Origin: an uncultured Lentisphaeria bacterium
Lineage (GTDB): Bacteria > Verrucomicrobiota > Lentisphaeria > JABSQK01 > JAJFLO01
Reading direction: 5' to 3'
Assembly (NCBI GenBank): GCA_951812855.1
Contig: OX638337.1
Location: 690,001-722,000 of the forward strand
DNA length: 32,000 bases
In this document: one piece after another, positions 19,831 to 29,680 of the stretch
Position numbering within the stretch: the first letter of the stretch is position 1
Layout: the number at the start of each line of letters is the position of its first letter
The notes under the pieces: model-generated
The model's input: only the letters and a program-made list of their open reading frames with translations
What the model was told of the DNA's origin: nothing
Database searches by the model: none
Program-made: the position numbers and the translations under genes

Positions 19831-20796
19831 ATGCTAACCGACGATTTATTTCGCAGGGTTTTAATGGAGCCGGTTTTAACTGGTAATGCAGATGCTTTGA
19901 TGGCGGTTAGTGGCTATGCTGCCGCCGGGATGGCCGACCGCCATTTGAAAATGTTGCATGAGATGGGCGGTAGAATTGATCTCAATGTCATTGTTGGCAT
20001 GCCTAAGAAAGACGGAATTGAGTGGGCGCAACATGTGGCGCTGAATAAGATTGTTGAACAGGGTGCATTTGGCAGCTCTATGGCCTGCAACTACGTTGTC
20101 AGGGGTAATCCCGTCCACGCCAAGACGTATGTCTGGCTTCGTGATAATGAGCCTGTATCGGCGTTTGCGGGCTCTGCAAATTATACCCTTACAGGGTTTA
20201 GCCGTTCGCAAATCGAAGCAATGGACGCAGTTGACCCGACTGCAGCATACCAGTTTTATAATGACTGTTTGCGTAATTCGGCCAGTTGCGATGCAATAGA
20301 CATAGAAGACATGGTGGCAATCACCGAAACCCGCACTCTAAATGACAATCCGCAAGCCGACCCGGAAGGCGAATTTGTAACTCTCTCGCTCTTAAGCACA
20401 CGGTCTGGGGATACTCATGAAAAAGCGGGCTTAAACTGGGGGCAAAGAGAGGACCGAAACAGAAACCAAGCCTATATTCCTGTTCCACGAGCCGTGCAGT
20501 TATCAGGCTTCTTTCCAGAGATTGGAGAGCAATTTACTGTTCTGACAGATGACGGCGACAGCTTTATATTTGTTAGAGCACAACAAAACGGCAAGGCTTT
20601 GCACACGACAATAGATAATAGTCAAATGGGTGAGTATATTCGCACCCGTATTGGCGTAAGGTCTGGCGAGTATGTAACCCGTCAGCATTTAGCCGAATAC
20701 GGCAGAACTGATATTACTTTTACTAAGATTGATGAAGAAACTTATATTCTTGATTTTAGACCCAATTTTGGGCCGGGTGAGGATGCCGAATTATGA
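19831..20796 (+). CDS. PLD-superfamily restriction endonuclease, NgoFVII/BfiI-like (N-terminal HxK nuclease domain plus C-terminal DNA-binding domain)
   Basis: VSGYAAAGM, then the PLD/HKD signature VHAKTYVW....AFAGSANYT (H-x-K ... G-S-x-N). The C-terminal half, LNWGQRE..RNRNQAYIPVP....FFPEIGEQFTVLTDDGDSF...LHTTIDNSQMGEYIRTRIGV..GEYVTRQHLAEYGRTDITFTKIDEETYILDF, matches my recollection of the NgoFVII-family C-terminal (B3/EcoRII-N-like) domain. GC about 51% in a 100-nt spot count versus about 38% in recJ. Confidence 0.8.
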   Translation: MLTDDLFRRVLMEPVLTGNADALMAVSGYAAAGMADRHLKMLHEMGGRIDLNVIVGMPKKDGIEWAQHVALNKIVEQGAFGSSMACNYVVRGNPVHAKTYVWLRDNEPVSAFAGSANYTLTGFSRSQIEAMDAVDPTAAYQFYNDCLRNSASCDAIDIEDMVAITETRTLNDNPQADPEGEFVTLSLLSTRSGDTHEKAGLNWGQREDRNRNQAYIPVPRAVQLSGFFPEIGEQFTVLTDDGDSFIFVRAQQNGKALHTTIDNSQMGEYIRTRIGVRSGEYVTRQHLAEYGRTDITFTKIDEETYILDFRPNFGPGEDAEL

Positions 20797-21434
20797 CAGG
20801 TATAATGTGGGTCAGTCAACTTAATAAGTCCCATTTTTTATTAGGTGTAGTTATTTCCAGTGGCAGTCCTTTCTCAATGAGCGTGTTAACCAATTCCCTA
20901 TTTATATTTTATTATGTTGCGGTGCTGGATTCCATCGCGAAATTCAGGCGAAAAACTCTGCCACACTCAACTCAATTGTATTTGATGTGGATTTCACCAT
21001 TTCTGTTTATATTAGCAAATTCTCCTTCAATTTTAATATGAGAACGATTTTTCTGGGGATTTTCAGTTGTTTATTTATTATTTGTACTATTTCATACGTC
21101 ATATCAGTTAAAAACAAATTTGCAACCGTCAAAAACCCCCTGTTCTGGTCGGTTAATTAATTCGTAATATTGTATTAATTCAAAGTTCTTTAGTTGCAGC
21201 GAGTACAGCACCGGTTGTTTGGATTATTGGTATCGGATTATTGTGGCCGATATCAAGTTTAGCAAGCAGATGGTTCTATCGTCGCTAATAAGTAATAACT
21301 AATAAAAATATTGAAAATAACCTGCCGATTGTATTAAAAATGCACAATCCGTTGTATTCTTATTAGAATTTTCTCCGGATGATTTAAGTTATAAAAAATT
21401 TTCTAACAGTATTTCTAAAACAAACTCGGTTTCT

Positions 21435-23141
21435 ATGACAGCATTAAAACGATGGTTCGTTCCGCAACCTGACACAAAAAAAATTGCAGAAATTACAAAC
21501 GAATTTGGGGTTTCCCGGCCTATTGCAATGGCATTGGCAAATAAAGATTTATCAATAGCCAATATCGGATCATTTTTACGACCGCAGTTAAGAGATTTAG
21601 CAGACCCCTATTCGATCAAGGCAATAAAAGTTGCTGTTGATCGACTGTGGCAGGCAATCGTTAATAGAGAAAAAATTCTGATATTCGGTGACTATGATAC
21701 AGATGGCATAACATCTACTGCATTGCTTGCATGGGTATTGGAAATGAATGGTGCTCTGATTGATTGTTTTTTACCACATCGTTTGGAGGATGGGTATGGC
21801 CTGACGGTAGGGACTATAACCAAATCACTAAATGAACACAAAGTATTGGTTACTGTTGATTGCGGTATTACCAGCTGTGAAGCGACGAAAGCAGCAGGTG
21901 AAATGGGAATTGACGTGATCATAACCGATCATCATGAACCTGGAGAAACGATTCCGGAAGCCTTTGCAGTGATAAATCCAAAGTTGCACGAAGAATCGCG
22001 GTCCCTCCACAATCTCGCAGGGGTTGGTGTATGCTTTAAATTATGCCATGCATTCATCAAATATGGGCGAGAAAACGATTTGGGCGGGAATTCAATTGAT
22101 CTAAAGGATGGATTAGACCTGGTTGCACTTGGAACAATCGCCGACGTTGTCCCGCTTACCGGTGAAAATCGATGTCTGGTTAAACATGGGATGGGTATCT
22201 TAAGGTCTCAACGGAGACCCGGAGTCCGGGCACTCTGTGATGTTTCCGGAGTAAAAGAGACATTAATATCGTCGGATATTTCATTTAGACTTGCTCCCCG
22301 GATTAATGCCGCCGGTCGACTCGGTGATGCAAATCAAGCACTGAAACTTCTGCAAACAGGTCAAATTATTGATGCTTACCCAATTGCAAAAATTCTCAAT
22401 GGCTATAATAGGAAGAGACGATCTCAAGAATTAAAAATGTTTCAAGTTGCCCAACAGAGAATCAGACAAATGGATCTTTCTGAGAAGACTGTAATTATTA
22501 TTGCCGAGAAAAATTGGCATCAGGGTATAATTGGAATAGTTGCGGCGAAAATTATGCATGAATTTCATCGGCCGACTCTGGTATTGAGTATTCTGGAAAA
22601 TGGTGAAATTGTGGGATCGGGACGCAGTGTTCCAGGTATCGATTTAGTTGACGCCTTGAATCAATGTCATCATTTACTGTTACGCTATGGCGGTCATGCA
22701 ATGGCAGCAGGACTGTCCCTGCATAAAGATAATTTGAATCAGTTTATTACTCTGTTTGAAAATGTTATCTCGAAATTTTGTAAAAAGGGGGTTGATTTCA
22801 CCCCGGTATTGGCAATTGACGGGGATGTTTTTTTCGGTGAAATGGACAGTCAGTTTTCCTCTGAATTAGAGCAATTACAACCTTTCGGGCATTGTAATGC
22901 ACCGCCTATATTCAGGTATTCAAATATTCACTCTGACCAATTGATTCCAGCAGGAGATAAGCATACCCGAGGCATCATTTACGATGAGCATCATGATCAA
23001 ATGCCATTTATAGCATTTGGAAGGCGACCTGAAAATTTTCCGAACAGTCCCTGGAATATTGCCGGAATGCCACAACATAATTATTATAACGGATCAAGAA
23101 ATCTACAACTTCAAATTCTGGATGTAACCCATGCACAATGA
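21435..23141 (+). CDS. recJ: Single-stranded-DNA-specific exonuclease RecJ
   Basis: DHH-family motifs IFGDYDTDGITS, VDCGI, VIITDHHEP, DHHA1 motif YGGHAMAAGL. 568 aa. Confidence 0.93.
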   Translation: MTALKRWFVPQPDTKKIAEITNEFGVSRPIAMALANKDLSIANIGSFLRPQLRDLADPYSIKAIKVAVDRLWQAIVNREKILIFGDYDTDGITSTALLAWVLEMNGALIDCFLPHRLEDGYGLTVGTITKSLNEHKVLVTVDCGITSCEATKAAGEMGIDVIITDHHEPGETIPEAFAVINPKLHEESRSLHNLAGVGVCFKLCHAFIKYGRENDLGGNSIDLKDGLDLVALGTIADVVPLTGENRCLVKHGMGILRSQRRPGVRALCDVSGVKETLISSDISFRLAPRINAAGRLGDANQALKLLQTGQIIDAYPIAKILNGYNRKRRSQELKMFQVAQQRIRQMDLSEKTVIIIAEKNWHQGIIGIVAAKIMHEFHRPTLVLSILENGEIVGSGRSVPGIDLVDALNQCHHLLLRYGGHAMAAGLSLHKDNLNQFITLFENVISKFCKKGVDFTPVLAIDGDVFFGEMDSQFSSELEQLQPFGHCNAPPIFRYSNIHSDQLIPAGDKHTRGIIYDEHHDQMPFIAFGRRPENFPNSPWNIAGMPQHNYYNGSRNLQLQILDVTHAQ

Positions 23142-23848
23142 CTAGTTCCCCAAAATCATTAGAGGAGAAAATAGAATACGGATTTCAATGTAAAGATTTG
23201 TTAATTGAGGCATTGAACCATCCTTCGTATGCTGTTGAAAAAAAAACTGAAATAAGAGATAACCAACGTTTAGAATTTCTCGGTGATGCAGTTGTCCAAA
23301 TTATTGTGACGAAAAAGATATTTCACCTTTTTCCTGATCTTCCTGAAGGGAAATTGACGAAAATTCGGTCTTCTTTAACCAAAAAGTCCGCACTTGCTTT
23401 ATTGGCAAAAACGATTGGTTTAGGTGATCATTTGAGACTTGGACACGGTGAGAAAATAAACGAAGGGTACAAGCGAGACTCAATGTTGTGTGATGCATTT
23501 GAAGCTCTTATTGGTGCGGTATATGTAGACTGTAATAATCAAGTGTCTGTTTGTGAAATACTTGTAAATCGGTTATTGGACCAATTTTTTTCAAAAAATC
23601 AATTGCAGGATCTTCTCCGGTATGAAAACCCTAAAGGCAAACTGCAGGAATGGTCACAAAAGGAGCACAGCCTAATTCCTGAATACAGCCTTATTGAAAC
23701 GATTGGACCTGATCATGACAAATTGTTCAAGGTAAATGTATTAATCAAAAATGAATGTCTTGGAACCGGAGAAGGTGGCAAGCGACAAATTGCCGAAGAA
23801 CAGGCCGCCCAAAATGCCTTGGCAAAGATCAATAACAGCCAATTTTAA
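23138..23848 (+). CDS. rnc: Ribonuclease III
   Basis: RNase III signature NQRLEFLGDAVVQ, a catalytic DAFEALIGAVY block and a C-terminal dsRBD (PKGKLQEWSQ...GEGGKRQIAEEQAAQNAL). The start overlaps the recJ stop (ATGA). Confidence 0.93.
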   Translation: MTSSPKSLEEKIEYGFQCKDLLIEALNHPSYAVEKKTEIRDNQRLEFLGDAVVQIIVTKKIFHLFPDLPEGKLTKIRSSLTKKSALALLAKTIGLGDHLRLGHGEKINEGYKRDSMLCDAFEALIGAVYVDCNNQVSVCEILVNRLLDQFFSKNQLQDLLRYENPKGKLQEWSQKEHSLIPEYSLIETIGPDHDKLFKVNVLIKNECLGTGEGGKRQIAEEQAAQNALAKINNSQF

Positions 23849-23855
23849 ACTGATA

Positions 23856-24503
23856 TTATTTTGAATCGTATGCTTTAAATCGAATGACTGTAAATTGATA
23901 CGATATCGAGTCTTCATAAACAGAAAAACCTGAAATTTCGTTTCCGAGAGAGTTTCCAATTTCAGGGAAAAAGGTATCACACTTAAATATAGTATTGATT
24001 TTCGTGATATAAATTTTATCACACCCGCCGTGACGTAATGCGTCATTGTAAATTTGACTGCCCCCTATGACAAATGTGTTTGGACATCGCTCATTTACGG
24101 AGTAAGCAAGTGCATCTTCGAAGCAGTCGGCAATATAGGAACCTCTAAAATATGAAAGAGATTTCCGCCGAGTTAAAACTATATTCAATCGATTGGGCAA
24201 CGGGCGAAATCTCTCAGGAAGAGAATCCCAGGTTTTTCGTCCCATAATTACCGCGTTTTTGGGGTGAATATCCGCAGATGACGGAGGAGAGAGAGATTTA
24301 AGATAATCAAGAAATTCCTGATAATCTGCATAAGTATTGTTTGAGTTTCCGGTGAGTCCGTATCTTTCTTCAATCTCATCAGTTTGGGTTGAACACGTAA
24401 GTTCCCGATAGAATTTCATATCACCTTTGAGCTTTGGCCATGGCAGTTGTCTGTTTTTGCCAATTCCCTGATTTTTATCCATTGCAACGACGATATTGAA
24501 CAT
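23856..24503 (-). CDS. folA: Dihydrofolate reductase, long eukaryote-like form
   Basis: IVVAMDKNQGIGKNRQLPWPKLKGDMKFY, AVIMGRKTWDSLPERFRPLPNRLNIVLTR, FVIGGSQIYNDAL, CDTFFPEI. 215 aa versus ~160 aa for typical bacterial DHFR. Confidence 0.85.
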   Translation of the reverse strand: MFNIVVAMDKNQGIGKNRQLPWPKLKGDMKFYRELTCSTQTDEIEERYGLTGNSNNTYADYQEFLDYLKSLSPPSSADIHPKNAVIMGRKTWDSLPERFRPLPNRLNIVLTRRKSLSYFRGSYIADCFEDALAYSVNERCPNTFVIGGSQIYNDALRHGGCDKIYITKINTIFKCDTFFPEIGNSLGNEISGFSVYEDSISYQFTVIRFKAYDSK

Positions 24504-24631
24504 GAGTTTGTTGGGTTAATGCTTCGTTTTGAAGTTAGTGCAAGAAGCAGCACAGGCTTTTAACGATTAGAAATATCGGACAGCCAGAATAACGATTTTC
24601 AACTATACTGAAAAAAAAGGAAATATCACTG

Positions 24632-27220
24632 CTAAGCTATGATATTTATTAATCTCCCCGGAACGCAGATGATTTTTCTGACAGTTAAACCTCCAATAAT
24701 TTCCTTTACGGATTCATTTTCAACGGCTGATTTTTCCATCTCTTCTTTTGACAAATCAGCTGGCATGTAGATGCGGACTTTAGGTTTTCCTTTTAATTGT
24801 ACCAGAATTTCAACTTCGTCTTCCCTGGTTAATTCTTCGTTAAAGGTCGGCCAGGGTTCATAGGCAATTGATTGATCATGTCCCAACCGTTGCCATAGTT
24901 CTTCCGCAAAATGGGGGGCGAGCGGAGACAGTAATTTAATATAGGTTTTAATCACTTCTCGATTCAGTATTTCATATTTAGAAAAAGCATTAAGAAAAAT
25001 CATCAATTGGCTTATCGCGGTGTTAATATTAAGAGTTTCAATATCCTGAGTTACTTTTTTTATGGTCCCATGTAAAATTCTAAGCTGATCTCTGTCTAAT
25101 TCATTGTCAGCGAATTTCTTCGTTAATTCACCGTTTTCATCAATAATCATTCTCCACGACCGCTGTAAGAATCGCCTAAGACCTTCTACGCCTTTTGTGT
25201 TCCACGGTTTTACTGCCTCCAGAGGGCCCATAAACATTTCATAAAGCCTGAAACTATCGGCTCCATATCGAGCGATAACGTCATCGGGATTTACAACATT
25301 TCGAAGCGTCTTTGACATTTTTGCCGGAAATTCTTCCAAGTCTTCACCTGTTTCGATGTGATAAAATTTACCATCATTCTCAGCAGTCAGGTCAGTTCGA
25401 ACGAGTGCACCTCTGGAGTCTTTATAAGAAATGCCCAGAATCATACCCTGATTGACTAATTTTTTAAATGGTTCACCGGTACTGACCAGTTCAAGGTCAT
25501 AAAGAACTTTATGCCAGAACCTGGAATAAAGCAGATGTAAAACAGCATGCTCCGCACCGCCGATATACAGGTCAACCGGCATCCAATAATTTTCTTTTTT
25601 CAAATCCCAGGCTTCTGTATTGTTGTGCGGATCAATGTAGCGTAGATAGTACCAGCATGATCCGGCCCATTGTGGCATTGTATGGGTTTCCCGTTTGCCC
25701 TTTTTTCCGCTATTCGGATCTGTATACTCCAACCACTCTTGTGCTTTTACTAAAGGGGATTCGCCGGTACCCTGAGGTTTGAAGTCATCAATTTCAGGAA
25801 GCGTAACCGGCAATTCACTTTCATCAACGAGGCGTAATTCACCATCTTCCATATGAATAACAGGAAATGGTTCACCCCAGTAGCGCTGTCGGCTGAATAA
25901 CCAATCTCGCAGTTTATAATGAACAGTTTTTTTACCCAGTCCATTCTTTTTCAGCCAATCAATAGTCTTTTGTTTAGAATCTTTGACTGATAAATTATTA
26001 ATATCTAAACCAGATTCATTCGCAGAATTGATTAAGGCTCCATTGCCCGTCCAGCAGGCTTTTCCGGATAAAACATCGTCACTATCGACAGATTCTTTTT
26101 TTGCTTCTTCGCTATTTGGTTGAATAACTGCCTTAATTTTGAGATTGAATTTTTGGGCAAATTCAAAGTCTCGCGTGTCATGTGCCGGAACCGCCATAAT
26201 TGCACCAGTACCATAACCCATCATGACATAGTCGCTAATCCAAATTGGAATGGTATCATTGTTTACGGGATTTACAGCAAAACTCCCGGTAAATACACCC
26301 GTCTTCTCTGTATTCAGCTCAGTGCGGTCCATATCAGATTTTTTTGCAGCACATTCCTGATAAGCAGAAATATCGTTTTTTTGATCGGCCGCAGTAATTT
26401 TTTCAACAAGTGGATGTTCAGGTGCCAGGACCATGTACGTTGCTCCAAAAAGAGTATCCGGCCGAGTTGTGAAAACACGAATAATGTCACTGGAGTCAGC
26501 CACCTTAAAGTCAACCTCAGCACCAGTGGATTTTCCGATCCAGTTACGCTGCATCTCTTTTATGCCTTCCGGCCAATCCAGTTTTTCAAGGTCATTTAAT
26601 AATCGTTCTGCATATTCAGTAATTTTCAACATCCACTGCTTCATGGGTTTACGTATAACAGGATGCCCTCCCCGTTCACTCTTTCCGTCAATGACTTCTT
26701 CATTGGCAAGTACCGTTCCAAGTGCCGGACACCAGTTTACCGGAACTTCATCAAGATAGGCCAGACCTTTTTGGTGTAATTTCAGGAAAATCCATTGGGT
26801 CCATTTATAATAATCAGGATCAGTGGTGTTAATCTCCCGGGACCAATCGTAAGAAAAGCCCAGCGACTGAATTTGATATCTGAAATTATTGATATTTTTT
26901 CTGGTTGTTGTTGAGGGGTGAGTTCCTGTTTCAACAGCATATTGCTCTGCGGGCAGCCCAAATGCATCCCATCCCATTGGATGAAGGACATTAAATCCCT
27001 GCATACGCTTAAATCGACAAATAATATCTGTTGCTGTATATCCTTCAGGATGGCCAACATGGAGACCGGCACCACTCGGATAGGGAAACATATCCAATAC
27101 GTAAAATTTTGGCTTTTCAGAAAAATCTTCTGCTTTGAATGTTTTATTCTCCAGCCAGTATTTCTGCCATTTGGGTTCGATGATATCCGGGAAATATTTT
27201 CCGGTTTTTTCGTCATTCAT
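24632..27220 (-). CDS. leuS: Leucine--tRNA ligase
   Basis: Class I signatures HVGHPEGY (HIGH) and KMSKTLRN (KMSKS), a CP1 editing region, and an 862-aa LeuS-typical N-terminus (KWQKYW...[16 protein letters not shown]). Confidence 0.97.
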   Translation of the reverse strand: MNDEKTGKYFPDIIEPKWQKYWLENKTFKAEDFSEKPKFYVLDMFPYPSGAGLHVGHPEGYTATDIICRFKRMQGFNVLHPMGWDAFGLPAEQYAVETGTHPSTTTRKNINNFRYQIQSLGFSYDWSREINTTDPDYYKWTQWIFLKLHQKGLAYLDEVPVNWCPALGTVLANEEVIDGKSERGGHPVIRKPMKQWMLKITEYAERLLNDLEKLDWPEGIKEMQRNWIGKSTGAEVDFKVADSSDIIRVFTTRPDTLFGATYMVLAPEHPLVEKITAADQKNDISAYQECAAKKSDMDRTELNTEKTGVFTGSFAVNPVNNDTIPIWISDYVMMGYGTGAIMAVPAHDTRDFEFAQKFNLKIKAVIQPNSEEAKKESVDSDDVLSGKACWTGNGALINSANESGLDINNLSVKDSKQKTIDWLKKNGLGKKTVHYKLRDWLFSRQRYWGEPFPVIHMEDGELRLVDESELPVTLPEIDDFKPQGTGESPLVKAQEWLEYTDPNSGKKGKRETHTMPQWAGSCWYYLRYIDPHNNTEAWDLKKENYWMPVDLYIGGAEHAVLHLLYSRFWHKVLYDLELVSTGEPFKKLVNQGMILGISYKDSRGALVRTDLTAENDGKFYHIETGEDLEEFPAKMSKTLRNVVNPDDVIARYGADSFRLYEMFMGPLEAVKPWNTKGVEGLRRFLQRSWRMIIDENGELTKKFADNELDRDQLRILHGTIKKVTQDIETLNINTAISQLMIFLNAFSKYEILNREVIKTYIKLLSPLAPHFAEELWQRLGHDQSIAYEPWPTFNEELTREDEVEILVQLKGKPKVRIYMPADLSKEEMEKSAVENESVKEIIGGLTVRKIICVPGRLINIIA

Positions 27221-27341
27221 TATATGGTTTCCAAATTATTGCTTATATAACATATTTATCAGTTTTTTTATCCCGTGACCCGGTACATGATATATTGAAC
27301 CTGGATTTAATATATCCCGTTTGTGAATATTAAATTCAACG

Positions 27342-28322
27342 TCATGACCCATTATTGCTTTTAACACCGCGTAAATATTCTGCAACTTCCCTGATTGTAT
27401 CTTCCAAAGATATTGTCGGCTCGTAGTTTAATAACCGTTTTGCTTTTTCAAGACAGGGAACGCGGCGCTGCATATCCTCAAAACCTTCTTCATATGCCTT
27501 ATTGTACGGAATATGAACGACTTCTGACGAACTGCCTAAAACGCTTTTTATTTTCTGTGCTAAATCATTTATTGTTATTTCTTCATCTGCCCCCAGATTG
27601 ACAACCTGACCCTGAGCCTGGTCACACAGAACAAGATCCGCCAATGCACGGACAACGTCTTTTACATTACCGAAGCATCGGGATTGACTGCCATCACCGT
27701 ATACTGGTATGGGTTCATTCGCTAATGCTTTTTTGATGAATCGAGGTATTACCATACCGTATTGTCCACTCTGCCGGAGTCCGACGGTATTAAATAATCG
27801 TACGACATATACCGGCTGGCCGGTTTCCTTAGCCATAGCAAAAGCTGCAAATTCGTCGATGGCTTTTGAACAGGCATATGCCCAGCGATGTTTGGTTGTG
27901 GGACCACTTACTGTATCATCTTCTTCTCTAAACGGGATGGATGAGCTTTTACCGTATACTTCCGATGTTGATGCGATAACGACACTTTTGTGGTATCGCC
28001 TTGCAGCTTTGAGAACACAGTCTGTTCCTTCAACATTTGTTCGGATCGTATGTATTGGCCTTTTTACAATCAGTTTAACGCCAACTGCTGCTGCCAAATG
28101 ATAAATAACATCGCATTCGGAAATCAATCGATCCATAACCATTTCGTTTAACACTGTATCCACGGCATATTGAAAGTTCGGATTTGCAGTAAGATGTTCA
28201 ATATTGTTTTTGGACCCTGTAGAGAGGTCATCAAGTACTTTCACCTGCCAGCCGCGATTGAGTAAAAGTTCGCTTAAATGGCCGCCAATGAATCCGGCAC
28301 CTCCGGTGATTAAAGCTTTCAT
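27342..28322 (-). CDS. SDR-family NAD-dependent sugar-nucleotide epimerase/dehydratase (UDP-glucuronate decarboxylase/ArnA-C-like)
   Basis: Rossmann motif ITGGAGFIGGHL, catalytic STSEVYG ... YACSK (YxxxK) and a C-terminal R.P.LEKAKRLLNYEP block. Substrate cannot be assigned from sequence alone. Confidence 0.85.
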   Translation of the reverse strand: MKALITGGAGFIGGHLSELLLNRGWQVKVLDDLSTGSKNNIEHLTANPNFQYAVDTVLNEMVMDRLISECDVIYHLAAAVGVKLIVKRPIHTIRTNVEGTDCVLKAARRYHKSVVIASTSEVYGKSSSIPFREEDDTVSGPTTKHRWAYACSKAIDEFAAFAMAKETGQPVYVVRLFNTVGLRQSGQYGMVIPRFIKKALANEPIPVYGDGSQSRCFGNVKDVVRALADLVLCDQAQGQVVNLGADEEITINDLAQKIKSVLGSSSEVVHIPYNKAYEEGFEDMQRRVPCLEKAKRLLNYEPTISLEDTIREVAEYLRGVKSNNGS

Positions 28323-28377
28323 AAATCATCATCCCGGGTTATGAGCTGTTCATTTTTCTATCGATGGAATGCAATTC

Positions 28378-28406
28378 TTGACAAATTGCTTCTGGTACCC
28401 TACCAT
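28378..28406 (+). promoter_or_regulatory. Candidate sigma70-type promoter for murB (TTGACA - 17 nt - TACCAT)
   Basis: TTGACA at 28378-28383 and TACCAT at 28401-28406, with a 17-nt spacer, ~110 nt upstream of the murB GTG start. The organism's promoter consensus is unknown. Confidence 0.25.
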
Positions 28407-28515
28407 ACCTTTTCGTCCGTTAAACTCCGTTTTATAAAGTGGAGCTCATCCATTGGTCATTCTTTACTGAAATTTTAGAATATTAATGTGGGTCTATTAA
28501 GAATAAATACTGGTT

Positions 28516-29481
28516 GTGAACCTAGAAAAAATCAATCGATTCTTTGATTTTATACAAAAGAATAATCTTGCCTTTCAACGTAATACATTGTTAGCTGAAT
28601 TTACTACATTTAGATTAGGAGGAAATTGTCCGTGTTTAGTTTTTTGTAAATCTCCTGATCAATTAACTGCGGTTGTAAGAGAATTAACGACCCTTGACCT
28701 GCCTTATTTGTTAATCGGGGGGGGATCAAATTTATTAATTTCTGATGAGGGTTTATCCGTAATAGTGATCCGATATGTATCGGATAACCTTGATATTGTC
28801 ACTGAAAAAAATGAATTGATTATTTCTGCAGCATCAAATCTTGATGATTTTGCAAAGTATACAGTAAACCATGGCATTGGTGGATTTGTAAACTGTTCGG
28901 GAATTCCGGGAACTGTTGGCGGTGCTGTTGTGGGCAACGCAGGTGCATTTGGCTGGCAAACAGGAGATGCGGTTAATTCGGTAACAGTCATTGATAAACA
29001 TGGAAATTTAAACGAATTACTTCCGGATGATATCGGTTTTAAATATAGACATTCTGAACTGAAGATTCGCCATGATATTGTTGTAAGTGTAAGATTAAAG
29101 ATAGAAACGGGTGACCCTGAAGCACTGCAAATTGAACGGGACCGGATACTTGAGCTTCGTTCATCAAAACATCCCGACCTTAAAATCTTTTCATGTGCCG
29201 GGAGTTTTTTCAAAAATATAGAGCCGACTTCAGCAGCAGATCGTCGACAGGCATCCGGATGGTTTCTCGAGCAGGCAGGTGTCAAGACAATGCGATTCGG
29301 AGGGGCAGGCATTTTTAGCAAGCACGCTAATATTATAATTCAGTCTGAGAGTAACTGTACCGCACAAGATGTTTATGAATTATCAAAGCAAATGGCTTCG
29401 GCAGTCAAGGCAGAGTTCAATATAGATTTGAAACGTGAAGTTTTGCTTGTCGGACGGTTTGAAAATAGAATTGAACGCTGA
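28516..29481 (+). CDS. murB: UDP-N-acetylenolpyruvoylglucosamine reductase
   Basis: GTG start. Long-form MurB landmarks: FTTFRLGG, LLIGGGSNLLISDEG, GIPGTVGGAVVGNAGAFG, YRHS, AGSFFKN. 321 aa. Confidence 0.9.
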   Translation: MNLEKINRFFDFIQKNNLAFQRNTLLAEFTTFRLGGNCPCLVFCKSPDQLTAVVRELTTLDLPYLLIGGGSNLLISDEGLSVIVIRYVSDNLDIVTEKNELIISAASNLDDFAKYTVNHGIGGFVNCSGIPGTVGGAVVGNAGAFGWQTGDAVNSVTVIDKHGNLNELLPDDIGFKYRHSELKIRHDIVVSVRLKIETGDPEALQIERDRILELRSSKHPDLKIFSCAGSFFKNIEPTSAADRRQASGWFLEQAGVKTMRFGGAGIFSKHANIIIQSESNCTAQDVYELSKQMASAVKAEFNIDLKREVLLVGRFENRIER

Positions 29482-29680
29482 ATGAAACAATCAATCAGTG
29501 AACTTGAAGAACGAAAATTTCAAGTGACCTGACCGAATTGCCCGATCAGGTATCGGATGTTGTCATCATAGGCACAGGTACTTAGATGCAATATTTCACT
29601 TCTGTCAAAAACGACACCGAGTGACTGGAAAAACTGTTTGAGATGTATACCCAAAAATGAAAATAAAGGACACCTGATCA

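Noticed and set aside
20793-21100. 82-aa ORF overlapping the PLD gene stop by ATGA (a possible partner gene), and a minus-strand reading (20819-21070) that looks protein-like but has in-frame stops
   Set aside because: The plus ORF has host-like AT-rich composition, is hydrophobic and low-complexity, and shows no motif. The minus-strand reading carries 4 stops in ~85 codons, close to random expectation for AT-rich DNA. Neither can be supported as a gene or as a methyltransferase remnant.
27221-27341. T-box or other leader upstream of leuS
   Set aside because: The leader is only ~120 nt long. I could not find a specifier-loop/antiterminator arrangement or a T-box consensus.
28727-28734. G8 homopolymer inside murB (and a C7 run at ~4687-4693 in the M42 peptidase, and an A9 run at ~610 in ftsZ) as phase-variation tracts
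   Set aside because: All are in frame within intact essential or housekeeping genes and encode expected residues (for example GGG in LIGGGSN). There is no evidence of switching.
28704-29321. 205-aa ORF antisense to murB. Similar long antisense ORFs: 14838-15314 (in actB), 26120-26599 and 26433-26759 (in leuS), 27709-28101 (in the SDR gene), 17413-17808 (in actB), 19876-20211 (in the PLD gene), 30334-30663 (in mrr)
   Set aside because: These are shadow ORFs opposite well-supported genes. Their composition is low-complexity and rich in Ser/Arg/Pro, with no recognisable motifs. The repeat seen in 17413-17808 is just the antisense image of the actB duplication.
29482-29600. Short ORFs MKQSISELEERKFQVT* and DLTELPDQVSDVVIIGTGT* as genes
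   Set aside because: Far too short to be genes. They are mentioned only as a possible stump of a displaced Rossmann-fold gene in the Mrr islet finding.
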